A stretch of DNA of 32,000 bases from Pirellula staleyi DSM 6068 (GTDB lineage: Bacteria > Planctomycetota > Planctomycetia > Pirellulales > Pirellulaceae). Of this stretch, positions 18,691-26,808 are shown piece after piece. The translations under genes were made by a program, and so were the position numbers. The notes under the pieces are model-generated. The model was not told the DNA's origin and ran no database searches. It was given only the letters and a program-made list of their open reading frames with translations. Positions within the stretch are counted from its first letter, which is position 1. Each line of letters begins with the position of its first letter. Where the stretch lies: assembly GCA_000025185.1 (NCBI GenBank), contig CP001848.1:150001-182000 (forward strand), written 5' to 3'.

Positions 18691-19701
18691 TTATTGCTGT
18701 GCCGTCTCAGTGGTTGTCAAAGGGGAAAATCCGGAGGCTGTGGCGCTCGTGGCGGAGTAGACCAAGCCCATCTGCCGTGCGCGAAGCACGGCGGCGATGC
18801 GCCGGGCGTGGCGCGCCGATCGCGCCAAACCAAAGTAGCTCGAACCGCTCCCGGTCATTTGATGCTGCGCGACTCCGGCGCGATCCAAGGCGCTACTCAG
18901 CTCGCCGATCCAGGGGGTCAGCTCGCGCGCTGGTTGCTCGAGTCGGTTATGCAGCCGCCCATCGCGCGACGTCTTCTCGCCACTTGTTTTCTCCCCCAAA
19001 TACGTCGCTATATCCAGCGGATTTTGCGGAATCTTCAGCTTCGAGAAAACGCGTGGGGTGGACAGACCGACGGGAGGCCGCGCGACGACAAACTGCTGAC
19101 ACGCACGTTTCACCGGGGTTACGCGCTCGCCGCGCCCTCGGCAAATGGCGCGACCACCCGCGAGAAAAAAGACTGTGTCGCTTCCGACCGCCGCAGCCAC
19201 TTCGGCCAGCTCGGCGGAGGAGAAATGCAAGTTCCAGGCGATGTTGGCGGCCAGGATCGCAGCGACCGCGTCGCTCGAAGCGCCACCGAGTCCCGCGACC
19301 GAAGCGATTCGCTTGGTGAGATGCACTTCGCAGCCGAGCTGTTCGTTGCCCGCAAGCTCGCGCAGTTTCACAAGCGCTTTGGTGACAATGTTTTTCTCAG
19401 GCGGGGGGAGATCGCCGAAGGGTGAACTCGGCAAATCGTTCGCCGTGGTGGTGGAGCTTGCAGCTTGGGCATTGGTCGCCGCTGTTTCGCGCGCGAGGTA
19501 GCCAGTAGCCCAATGGCAACGGAGCGAAATCGATGCATCGCTCGACCGGCGTAAACGGAGTGTGTCGAAGATCGAGACACTGGTCATCAGTGTTTCGAGT
19601 TCGTGAAAGCCGTCGGGCCGTTTACCGAGCACTTCGAGAAACAGGTTCAGCTTGGCCGGAGCCTCGACTGTCACCCACCCCTGGTGTGCTGAGACGTACA
19701 T
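18691..19701 (-). CDS. ispE: 4-(cytidine 5'-diphospho)-2-C-methyl-D-erythritol kinase
   Basis: APAKLNLFLEVLGKRPDGFHELETL near the N-terminus and the GHMP-kinase motif VAGLGGASSDAVAAI. Start set at the ATG at 19701 (MYVSAHQGWVTVEAPAKLN). The longer ORF to 19851 is Arg-rich and implausible. Confidence 0.9.
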   Translation of the reverse strand: MYVSAHQGWVTVEAPAKLNLFLEVLGKRPDGFHELETLMTSVSIFDTLRLRRSSDASISLRCHWATGYLARETAATNAQAASSTTTANDLPSSPFGDLPPPEKNIVTKALVKLRELAGNEQLGCEVHLTKRIASVAGLGGASSDAVAAILAANIAWNLHFSSAELAEVAAAVGSDTVFFLAGGRAICRGRGERVTPVKRACQQFVVARPPVGLSTPRVFSKLKIPQNPLDIATYLGEKTSGEKTSRDGRLHNRLEQPARELTPWIGELSSALDRAGVAQHQMTGSGSSYFGLARSARHARRIAAVLRARQMGLVYSATSATASGFSPLTTTETAQQ

Positions 19702-19967
19702 CCGTGCTGCCGCTTGTTGGGAAAGAGAAAAGAATCCCAGCGCGACCGTTCTGAACAGGAGAAACGTTCGCGCCCACTTGCTCGTCAGCCGCTTGCACGA
19801 CGGTGGATGACGACAGAGGGGCCTCCTTGCTCCTCGCATGCGACGATGCATCGACCGGTGAAGATCGAACGATTGCAGGCGTTTACTGTCACCCTACCTC
19901 TGGCAAACTTCTTTTCGGATTGTACCGCTCTAGAAAGTAGGGTCAATCTTTCGCGGCGGGAAGTTGT

Positions 19968-19996
19968 GGTGACAGCGGAAATCTCGTGCTGTCACC
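19968..19996 (-). terminator. Perfect 9-bp stem hairpin downstream of the beta-propeller gene (no U-tract)
   Basis: ggtgacagc (19968-19976), 11-nt loop, gctgtcacc (19988-19996), 22 nt after the stop at 20019. No T-run on either strand, so terminator function is uncertain. Confidence 0.3.
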
Positions 19997-20018
19997 TGCT
20001 GCCGCAAGTTCGCCCAAA

Positions 20019-21326
20019 CTACTTCTTTTCCAGACTCACGCAGACCAATTCTTTATCGTTCCGCACGAACACATGCCGATTCGCAAAAGCGGGATGCGAC
20101 CAGCAAACGCCGCCACGTTGACGCAATTGCTCGGTCGTCGGTTCGAGAATCTTCGTGCGCGAAATCTCCGTGAAACCTTCCTTCGCCAGTTTACCAATGA
20201 TCAGCTCGCCGCGCTCGTTGAACATCCAGGTCTCGGCTCCACGCTGTACAAAATGGATGTTGCTCCAGCGCGCTTTGGGGGTGGCGGTGAGATCTTCCCA
20301 AATCCGCTCGCCAGTCGCCGCATCGAGGCAGCGGAGTTCGCCGTAGCTGTCGCAGCCATAGATATAGCCGCCACGCATCAGCGGCGTGCTGATGATGCTG
20401 TGCAGCGCTTCGGTGTTGCGTTCATCGCGTCCGGCTATTTGCCAAACTTTCTCGGCTGTCGGTTTCGCGGGATCGAGTTTGAGCATCAGCGAACCGTCGT
20501 AGAACGACGTGAAGAACACCATGTTGTTTTCGACAATCGGGGTCGCAATGCCGATCGGCATGTTGCGGGGCTTCCAAGGAAAGTTCCACACCACGTTGCC
20601 AGTTTTGGCATTGATGCCCGACGCGCTATCGCCGGTCCAGACGATCACGACATCGGTTTCCCCCTGTTTCACGAGGATGGGGGACGAATACTGCGCGCGA
20701 TCGCCGAGCGCTTTCCACACCTCTTCGCCGGTGCGCTTATCGAGCGCGACAACACAGGCCCCTTTGCCGCCGATATGCAGGATGATCAGATTTTCGTAGA
20801 GCAGCGGCGCGCCGGCGATGCCCCAAATCGGCATGTCGATTTCGTAAAGCTGCTCGCAATCTTTTTCCCAGATAACATCGCCACTCGCGACATCGAGCGC
20901 AAAAGCGCGCCCCGTTGCGCCGAGAGCATAAGCCACTTTCCCTTCGACCGTCACACTCGCGCGGGGACCAGCCTGGTAGCCGATTTTGCCATAGGGACAA
21001 TCGTAGGCTTTCACCCACAGCGGCTGTCCGGTCGCTTCGTCGAAGCACAAGATCCGTTCTTGCTCGACCGGTTTGGTCAACCGATCGGTGACGAAAACAC
21101 GACCATCGGCGATCGTGGGACCCGAGTATCCCGCGCCGATCTCCACGCGCCATTTCACCGGCATTTCTTTGGCAGGAAATTTCTCGAGCACCCCTTCTTC
21201 GCGCCACACGCCGTCGCGATTGGCTCCGCGCCACTGCGGCCAATCTTCTGCCTGCGAAGTGGAGAACGACAGCAGCGTGCCGATCAGTGCGCCGCTGGCT
21301 GCTGTCCGGAGGATCGATCGAAACAT
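20019..21326 (-). CDS. Secreted PQQ-like beta-propeller repeat protein (BamB/quinoprotein-like fold)
   Basis: Signal peptide MFRSILRTAASGALIGTLLSFSTSQAEDWPQWRGANRDGVW, then repeated propeller blades (G.VF...........CFD..TG...W). GGAGA lies 8 nt upstream of the ATG at 21326. Confidence 0.85.
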   Translation of the reverse strand: MFRSILRTAASGALIGTLLSFSTSQAEDWPQWRGANRDGVWREEGVLEKFPAKEMPVKWRVEIGAGYSGPTIADGRVFVTDRLTKPVEQERILCFDEATGQPLWVKAYDCPYGKIGYQAGPRASVTVEGKVAYALGATGRAFALDVASGDVIWEKDCEQLYEIDMPIWGIAGAPLLYENLIILHIGGKGACVVALDKRTGEEVWKALGDRAQYSSPILVKQGETDVVIVWTGDSASGINAKTGNVVWNFPWKPRNMPIGIATPIVENNMVFFTSFYDGSLMLKLDPAKPTAEKVWQIAGRDERNTEALHSIISTPLMRGGYIYGCDSYGELRCLDAATGERIWEDLTATPKARWSNIHFVQRGAETWMFNERGELIIGKLAKEGFTEISRTKILEPTTEQLRQRGGVCWSHPAFANRHVFVRNDKELVCVSLEKK

Positions 21327-21570
21327 GGCGTAATCTCCGAGAAAAATGCGATCGCTCGCGCTAGTGACAGGCGAAATTCCCAGCCACTAGAAAGTGTGTG
21401 GCTCGAGAGAAGTAATAGTCAATTGTCGAGCACCCAGCGAACCGGCACAAGCTACACTCCCCGATTCCGCGACGGTTCTCGATGTAAGTCTTGCAATTGA
21501 CCGAGGAATGATCGTAAATACGTCGAGCCTCGACGGACACGTTTGGTCACACCTTCTGCGGACTCTCTCC

Positions 21571-22575
21571 ATGAACCAACTTCCCAACACTTCCCGCCGC
21601 CAGTTTCTCGCGACCACGTCAGCCGCCCTCGCTGCTGCTTCGGTCGCACCTTACGCACTGGCCGAAGAAGCTCCGAAGAAAAAACAGCTGCCGATCATCG
21701 ATTGCCATCAGCATTTGTGGGACCTCTCGAAGTTCAAGCTTCCTTGGATCAAGGAAGGGACGCTGCTGGGTCGCAACTACGTGATGGACGACTACAACAA
21801 GGCGATCGAAGGGACCGGAATTTCGCACGCGGTTTACATGGAGGTCGACGTCGACCCTTCGCAGCAAAAGATGGAAGTGGATCATCTGTCCGAGATTTGC
21901 GAAAGCAAGAAGACTCCGACGATTGCGGCGGTGGTTTCAGGTCGCCCAGCAGCCGACGACTTCACCACCTATCTCGACTACTTCAAAGATAAGAGCGTGA
22001 TTCGTGGCGTTCGGCAGGTGCTGCATGGTGGGGGAACTCCCGGCGGCTATTGCCTGAGCAAAGAATTTGTACGCGGCATTCATGCCCTTGGCGAACGCGG
22101 TTTGTCGTTCGATCTCTGCATGCGTCCCTCGGATCTTGGAGACGGTGCCAAGCTGGCCACGGAGTGCAAAGGGACGCGCTTTATCGTCGATCACTGCGGC
22201 AATGCCGATCCCAAATGGTTCGCAACCGCAGGTGAAGGAAAAACTAGCGCCGACGGAGCCAAGATCGAGCAGTGGCGCAGCGATCTCGGCAAACTGGCTC
22301 GACTGCCGAACGTGGTTTGCAAAATTTCGGGGATCATCGCCAGCGTGCCGAAGGAGTGGTCGAGCGACGATCTGGCCCCGGTGATTAATCAGTGCCTCGA
22401 AGAGTTTGGCCCCGAGCGGGTGATTGTCGGGAGCGACTGGCCAGTCTGTCTGAATGGTGCTTCGCTCGCCGACTGGATCAAGTCGCTGCGCGAAATTGTC
22501 GCGAGCCGCCCAGTCGCCGAGCAAGAGCGGCTGTTCTCGAAAAACGCAATCGCGCTCTATCAGCTCAAGCTGTAG
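21571..22575 (+). CDS. Tat-exported amidohydrolase-2 family metal-dependent hydrolase
   Basis: Twin-arginine signal TSRRQFLATTSAALAAASVAPYALA. Metal-site motif IIDCHQHLWD, later VDHCGNAD and GSDWPV. Start moved to the ATG at 21571. Confidence 0.8.
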   Translation: MNQLPNTSRRQFLATTSAALAAASVAPYALAEEAPKKKQLPIIDCHQHLWDLSKFKLPWIKEGTLLGRNYVMDDYNKAIEGTGISHAVYMEVDVDPSQQKMEVDHLSEICESKKTPTIAAVVSGRPAADDFTTYLDYFKDKSVIRGVRQVLHGGGTPGGYCLSKEFVRGIHALGERGLSFDLCMRPSDLGDGAKLATECKGTRFIVDHCGNADPKWFATAGEGKTSADGAKIEQWRSDLGKLARLPNVVCKISGIIASVPKEWSSDDLAPVINQCLEEFGPERVIVGSDWPVCLNGASLADWIKSLREIVASRPVAEQERLFSKNAIALYQLKL

Positions 22576-22585
22576 CGCCGCATGT

Positions 22586-22614
22586 AAAAAACGCGCTGCT
22601 ACTGCCCGAGCGCG
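22586..22614 (-). terminator. Rho-independent terminator candidate for the toroid/DUF4159 gene
   Basis: On the minus strand: cgcgct, 11-nt loop containing the TAG stop, agcgcg, then TTTTTT (complement of 22586-22591). Confidence 0.45.
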
Positions 22615-25073
22615 TAGAGAATCACGTTCGACGCAATCCGTGCTGCGTCGGCTGAGATATAACCTTTGCACTCGAGCGATTGACCTTTCTCGAGTGCGCA
22701 GCTGATATCCCACGGTGAGAGAATCGCAACGATCCGCCCATCGACTTCGAGCGCTTCGAGCAGCGGCGTGGTGCTGACCAGTTTAGCGGTGAGAGGATCG
22801 GTTTCACTGCGGACCTGCGGATCGCGCAGCGTGACTGTCGTGATGCGAAACCCGAGATACTCTTCGGAGAAGACCGGGTGCGACGAAGGAAGCCGGTTCC
22901 AGGTCGCTTCGGGATAAATGGCGCGGAGTTCGTCGCGTACGGACTGCGCAAATTCGGGACTCGCACAGATCGCATCGGCAAACAAAAAGCCACCTCGATC
23001 GAGATAGGCTTTCAGCGCCTGGCGCTCAGCCGCCGTGTAGCGAAACGCCCGTCGACCATGCGCAAAGACAATCGGATAATCGAGCAGCTGCTGATCGGCT
23101 GGGCCGTAGATTCGTCGTTCGTAGTCGACCGTCATCTCGAGTTGCTTGTTCATCACGGTGAGCAAATTCGAGAGCGAATGAGGAGCGTCGTCGCTTCCAC
23201 CGCCGTGGCTCAGTTTAGGAACCACGAGTGCTCCGCGCGGCGTTTTGCCACCACTCACCGAGATCGCGAGTTGCGGCCGCTCGAGCTTTTCTTTCAGCTG
23301 ACGATTCGTGGCATAGGCCAAAATGTTTCCGCCCAGTTTCGTGCAAGCCTCGACACTCGCGCGGGCTTCGGGTGAGTAGCTTTCGAGTCGCGACGGCTGA
23401 TGTAATTCCCAGTAGCACGACAAACTTTTGGGGCAATAGACCACGCTGGTGCGACAGCAGGCATCAAGTCCCCAGAGCCAAAAATCGGGGTCTTTCGGCA
23501 TCTCTTTGGCATTCACCACTTCCTGCGCAAACCAAATCGCATGATCGGGAGGCAAACGCCGGAGCTCACTTTCGGGAAAGATCTCGCGCATCAAATTGCG
23601 GAAGTCGCGATCGAACGCAGCACCATCGCAGCCATTGCCATCGCAGGCTTCCGCAAACAGAAATCCACCCTGATCGACATACTCGCGCAGCACTTTCTTT
23701 TGACTCGCGGTGAGCTTCAGCGACTCGCGACCACTTAAGAACACCACCGGTGCTTCGAGCAAGTCGGCCGTGGTATAGGCGAGCTTATCGCTCGCTTTAT
23801 CCTCGAACAGATCGAGATTGATCGTCTGCCACGAAAGCTCTTTGCGCCACTGTTTTTCAACACGCGACACGAGCTGCTGGACGCTGCGACGATGCGAATT
23901 CCAGTCGCCATAGGAAGCGAGTGCTCCCGACCCATGCTTCAGCTGCGCAAGGACCACGGGGCGACGTCCCTTCGACAAAAACAAGAGCGCCAGGCAAGTT
24001 CCGATCGTGGCATCGTTTTCGATAATGCCGGTCCCTTGCCAACTTCCATTGAGCGACTGACGCTGGCGATCGACCAGGAACTCGCACCCTTCGCGATACC
24101 AGTCGTGTTCGCCGAGATAGCGATTGCCGGTCATACGACCGACACGCTCGACGCCGTAGAGATAGTACAGCAGCCACGGATGCGATTGGCCGACCCCTTT
24201 GAGCCCGAGCGTGTTGGGATTGGTCGAGACGCTGAAATGTTTGCCGAGCCACGCGAGCGCTGGCGCGACAGGGTCTTTCACTTCGGCCCCCTGACAACAT
24301 TGCACGCGTCCCTCGATCACCGAAGCATCGAGCGTGCGCAGGCGATCCATCGCAATGATCACCGACGCCACTCCTGCGCAGGTCATGCTGCCGGTTTCGG
24401 GATGTCCCTTTTCATAGCCCCACGCGCCATCTGGTTTTTGCATGCCGGGGCTGAGCCAGTAGTTGAGCGCGAGTTGCCAGGTCCGATCGCTGATCGAAAC
24501 GCCGCACTTCTCGGCCTCGTGCAGCGCGAGCATCGCAAACTGGGTGTTCGAGTTGTCGCTTCGTCCGGGACGACTGGAGTATGACCAGCCCCCTTTGGTT
24601 TCCCCTTCGGTCACTTGATGCGCTTCGAGCCAATGCGCGAGGCGCGTGATGCGCGGCTTGTACTTCACCGGGTCGGCGATGGCGAAGAGCATCACTTGCA
24701 GCGAAACGGCGTAGATCTGTCCCGGGTCGGGCTGCTCCTCGAGCCAGGCCATCGCTTTTTTGAGGTTCGGCCCATCGAGCTTCTCGCCACAATTCAGCAG
24801 CGCCAGCGCGCAGAGCGCTGTCGTGCCGGTCGGCTGTCCGTCGTACTCTTGCCAGCTCCCATCGGGCTTTTGCAATTTGTGCAGGAACGCAATGCCGCTG
24901 GTGATCGATTCGTTCACCTGAGCAGCTGTTACCTCGGCCTGAGCTGGACGCGAAATCGCCAGCGGCAGCACTACTACCAGCAGCCAACCGGCAAGCCCCG
25001 CGCTGCAGCGTCCAAGCAGCGGCGACGACGACCGGCGAGCGGGCGGGGAATCGACCAACAGCGGAACAGCCAT
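22599..25073 (-). CDS. Secreted multidomain protein: N-terminal prenyltransferase/squalene-cyclase-like alpha/alpha-toroid repeats plus two DUF4159-like (class I amidotransferase-like fold) domains
   Basis: Toroid repeats (DGSWQEY...TALCALALLNCG; GGWSYS...NTQFAMLALHEA; DGAWGYE...MTCAGVASVI; NGSWQG). Two copies of the DUF4159-type signature (VVFLSGRE..L...Q...LREYVDQGGFLFAEAC and IVFAHGRRAF......RQALKAYLDRGGFLFADAI). Start set at the ATG at 25073, ahead of a signal-like segment. Confidence 0.75.
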   Translation of the reverse strand: MAVPLLVDSPPARRSSSPLLGRCSAGLAGWLLVVVLPLAISRPAQAEVTAAQVNESITSGIAFLHKLQKPDGSWQEYDGQPTGTTALCALALLNCGEKLDGPNLKKAMAWLEEQPDPGQIYAVSLQVMLFAIADPVKYKPRITRLAHWLEAHQVTEGETKGGWSYSSRPGRSDNSNTQFAMLALHEAEKCGVSISDRTWQLALNYWLSPGMQKPDGAWGYEKGHPETGSMTCAGVASVIIAMDRLRTLDASVIEGRVQCCQGAEVKDPVAPALAWLGKHFSVSTNPNTLGLKGVGQSHPWLLYYLYGVERVGRMTGNRYLGEHDWYREGCEFLVDRQRQSLNGSWQGTGIIENDATIGTCLALLFLSKGRRPVVLAQLKHGSGALASYGDWNSHRRSVQQLVSRVEKQWRKELSWQTINLDLFEDKASDKLAYTTADLLEAPVVFLSGRESLKLTASQKKVLREYVDQGGFLFAEACDGNGCDGAAFDRDFRNLMREIFPESELRRLPPDHAIWFAQEVVNAKEMPKDPDFWLWGLDACCRTSVVYCPKSLSCYWELHQPSRLESYSPEARASVEACTKLGGNILAYATNRQLKEKLERPQLAISVSGGKTPRGALVVPKLSHGGGSDDAPHSLSNLLTVMNKQLEMTVDYERRIYGPADQQLLDYPIVFAHGRRAFRYTAAERQALKAYLDRGGFLFADAICASPEFAQSVRDELRAIYPEATWNRLPSSHPVFSEEYLGFRITTVTLRDPQVRSETDPLTAKLVSTTPLLEALEVDGRIVAILSPWDISCALEKGQSLECKGYISADAARIASNVILYALGQ

Positions 25074-25474
25074 GGGCAACCTTGCGTGGGCATGAGGCTG
25101 GCAAAGGAAAAAAGCTGGCAGCGCCACTCGGAGCCTCGAATCGGGCTGGCCCGACCCGTGGGCAGGTCGTCCGACGTAAACCAAGTGGCGGCTTCACTCT
25201 TGAATGTACGCCATAGCTAGTCCCCCTGTCACGCATTCCCGCCCCAGAGCCCGCTTGAAACCGGGCCATTTCATGGTAGATTTGCGGGTCTTGCCTGGAA
25301 CAAAATCGGCCTGCAGGTGCGAACAAAACGCTTCTGCCAGCGGTCTTTATCCCGGCTGATGGGACGCTAGCGAGTCGGCTGGATCGTCAGAAGGGCTGTT
25401 TCGGCCCTTCGCAAGATCGGACGACCCCTACGACCCATTTATTCGAGCGGCTCTTCCCCAAGAGCCGCCTGCAT

Positions 25475-25548
25475 GGCGAGGTAGCTCAGTCGGTTAGAGC
25501 AGCGGCTTCATAAGCCGCGTGTCGCGGGTTCGAGTCCCGCCCTCGCCA
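25475..25548 (+). tRNA. tRNA with CAU anticodon, elongator type (tRNA-Met; lysidine-modified tRNA-Ile2 cannot be excluded)
   Basis: Cloverleaf folded by hand: acceptor GGCGAGG/CCTCGCC, D arm GCTC/GAGC, anticodon stem GCGGC/GCCGC with loop TTCATAA, T arm GCGGG-TTCGAGT-CCCGC, discriminator A. No CCA is encoded. The G1:C72 pair and the lack of a GGG/CCC anticodon stem argue against initiator tRNA. Confidence 0.9.
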
Positions 25549-25589
25549 CTTGATTAGCAGGATTTCGATCCTCCGTAATGATCCAGACA

Positions 25590-25636
25590 GGCTCTTCGTA
25601 AGGTGTTACCCACAAACGCTTTACGAAGAGCCTTTT
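25590..25636 (+). terminator. Strong Rho-independent terminator after the tRNA
   Basis: ggctcttcgtaa (25590-25601) pairs with ttacgaagagcc (25621-25632). The stem extends by 6 more pairs (2 wobble) to a 7-nt loop and is followed by TTTT (25633-25636). The 3' arm overlaps the last codons of the minus-strand ATP-grasp gene. Confidence 0.6.
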
Positions 25637-26808
25637 GCGTTCTTGACGCAGATACTCGCGGCGAGATTGGTGGTGAGGCTGGAGGCGATAGCTTGCTGGT
25701 AGGTCGAGCGGCTGTGGTGCTCGACACCCGGCAGCAGATCGCCGAAAGCGTTCCCCTCGAGGATGACGGCGCGGCGAAATCCGGGGGTCACAAGCAGGTC
25801 CCAGCCGACATAAAGCGCTGCGGGGAAGGCGGCGGCAGCCTGCTCGCAAAGCTGGGGGACGATCTTCCACCTGGCACCTGCGGATTGACGGAGCGCTGCG
25901 AGGTCGCCTCGGCGATTTCCCAAGTGCAAGTTGGTGAGGGGCGAACGACTCGTCCGGACCACCATGTGACACGCCTGGCCAGCGAAGGTGACCACCCGCA
26001 GGTCGAAGTTGCGATCGGCTTGCGATGCTTTAGGGAGCCACTCTTCTACATGGGCCCCCTGGCCCAGTAGAAAATCGAGGATCGTCCGGAGGTCGTGCTC
26101 GCGGTCGTAGTGCCGCAAACGCAAATTGTTGTAGAACCGCGCGGTGCCGCGTTGGCGGACGAGTTCGAGCGATGTCAGGCCAAGTGGACGGGGACCCGTG
26201 GTCGACAAAGCGACCACCCCCGACGACGACGAACCACCGTTGAGCTTTACAAAAACGCGAGACAGCTGCGCTCCCCGCATCGACTCGAGCAGCTGGTCGT
26301 AGCTGTGGATCGATAGCAGCACGCGTGGGACCGCCACTCCTTGGGCCAGCAGATGTGCGTGGCAACGCGTTTTGTCGAACAGCGTGCGAATCGCGTCGGG
26401 ATGATTCTGGACGGCGAGCCCCGGCAGCAGCTGCAGCTGCGTTTGGATTTCGTCGAGCGCGTGGCTAAATCCTGCCAGCCATTGCCGCGGATAACGGATG
26501 CGCCCCGGATCGCTGCGAAGTCGCATCGCCGAGGGAGCTGCGATGTCGTCAGTCGCTGGTGCGCCGCGCGCGATGAGCAGCCGCTCGACTTCAAAATCTT
26601 CCCCCGGCGATTCGATGCGAAGTATGCCGCGATTCTGGGCCAAACGCTCGAGGAGGGGCACGAGATCGACCTGGCCCCGCAGAAAATCGACATACGACAC
26701 CATAGCAGCGCGCTGCTGTCCCGACGCGCGTAGCGCTGCCTGAAACAGCTTCACACGCCGGTTCTGAGGATTTCCGAGGATGAGCCACCGACGCTTGTGG
26801 TCACTCAC
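25621..26808 (-). CDS. ATP-grasp-like protein, STM4014-family type
   Basis: ATP-grasp-like strands VFVKLNGGSSSSGVVAL, NFDLRVVTFAGQACHMVVRTSRSPLTNLHLGNRRGD and YVGWDLLVTPG..RAVILEGNAFGD. GTG start within GTGAGTGA, overlapping the upstream stop by 8 nt. The family name is recalled, not searched. Confidence 0.7.
   Translation of the reverse strand: MSDHKRRWLILGNPQNRRVKLFQAALRASGQQRAAMVSYVDFLRGQVDLVPLLERLAQNRGILRIESPGEDFEVERLLIARGAPATDDIAAPSAMRLRSDPGRIRYPRQWLAGFSHALDEIQTQLQLLPGLAVQNHPDAIRTLFDKTRCHAHLLAQGVAVPRVLLSIHSYDQLLESMRGAQLSRVFVKLNGGSSSSGVVALSTTGPRPLGLTSLELVRQRGTARFYNNLRLRHYDREHDLRTILDFLLGQGAHVEEWLPKASQADRNFDLRVVTFAGQACHMVVRTSRSPLTNLHLGNRRGDLAALRQSAGARWKIVPQLCEQAAAAFPAALYVGWDLLVTPGFRRAVILEGNAFGDLLPGVEHHSRSTYQQAIASSLTTNLAASICVKNAKGSS

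Noticed and set aside
19986-21500. 504-aa plus-strand ORF overlapping the whole beta-propeller gene
   Set aside because: It has no recognisable domain and an Arg/His/Phe-rich composition. The minus-strand frame carries a signal peptide, propeller repeats and a good Shine-Dalgarno sequence. It is an antisense shadow ORF.
25447-25468. Hairpin gcggctctt-cccc-aagagccgc 7 nt upstream of the tRNA
   Set aside because: It has no U-tract on either strand and there is no upstream co-directional gene to terminate. It is possibly part of the tRNA precursor leader. The evidence is insufficient for a feature call.
25475-25548. Possibility that the CAU tRNA is the initiator tRNA-fMet
   Set aside because: Positions 1:72 form a G:C pair and the anticodon stem lacks the three consecutive G:C pairs (G29-G31) of bacterial initiators.
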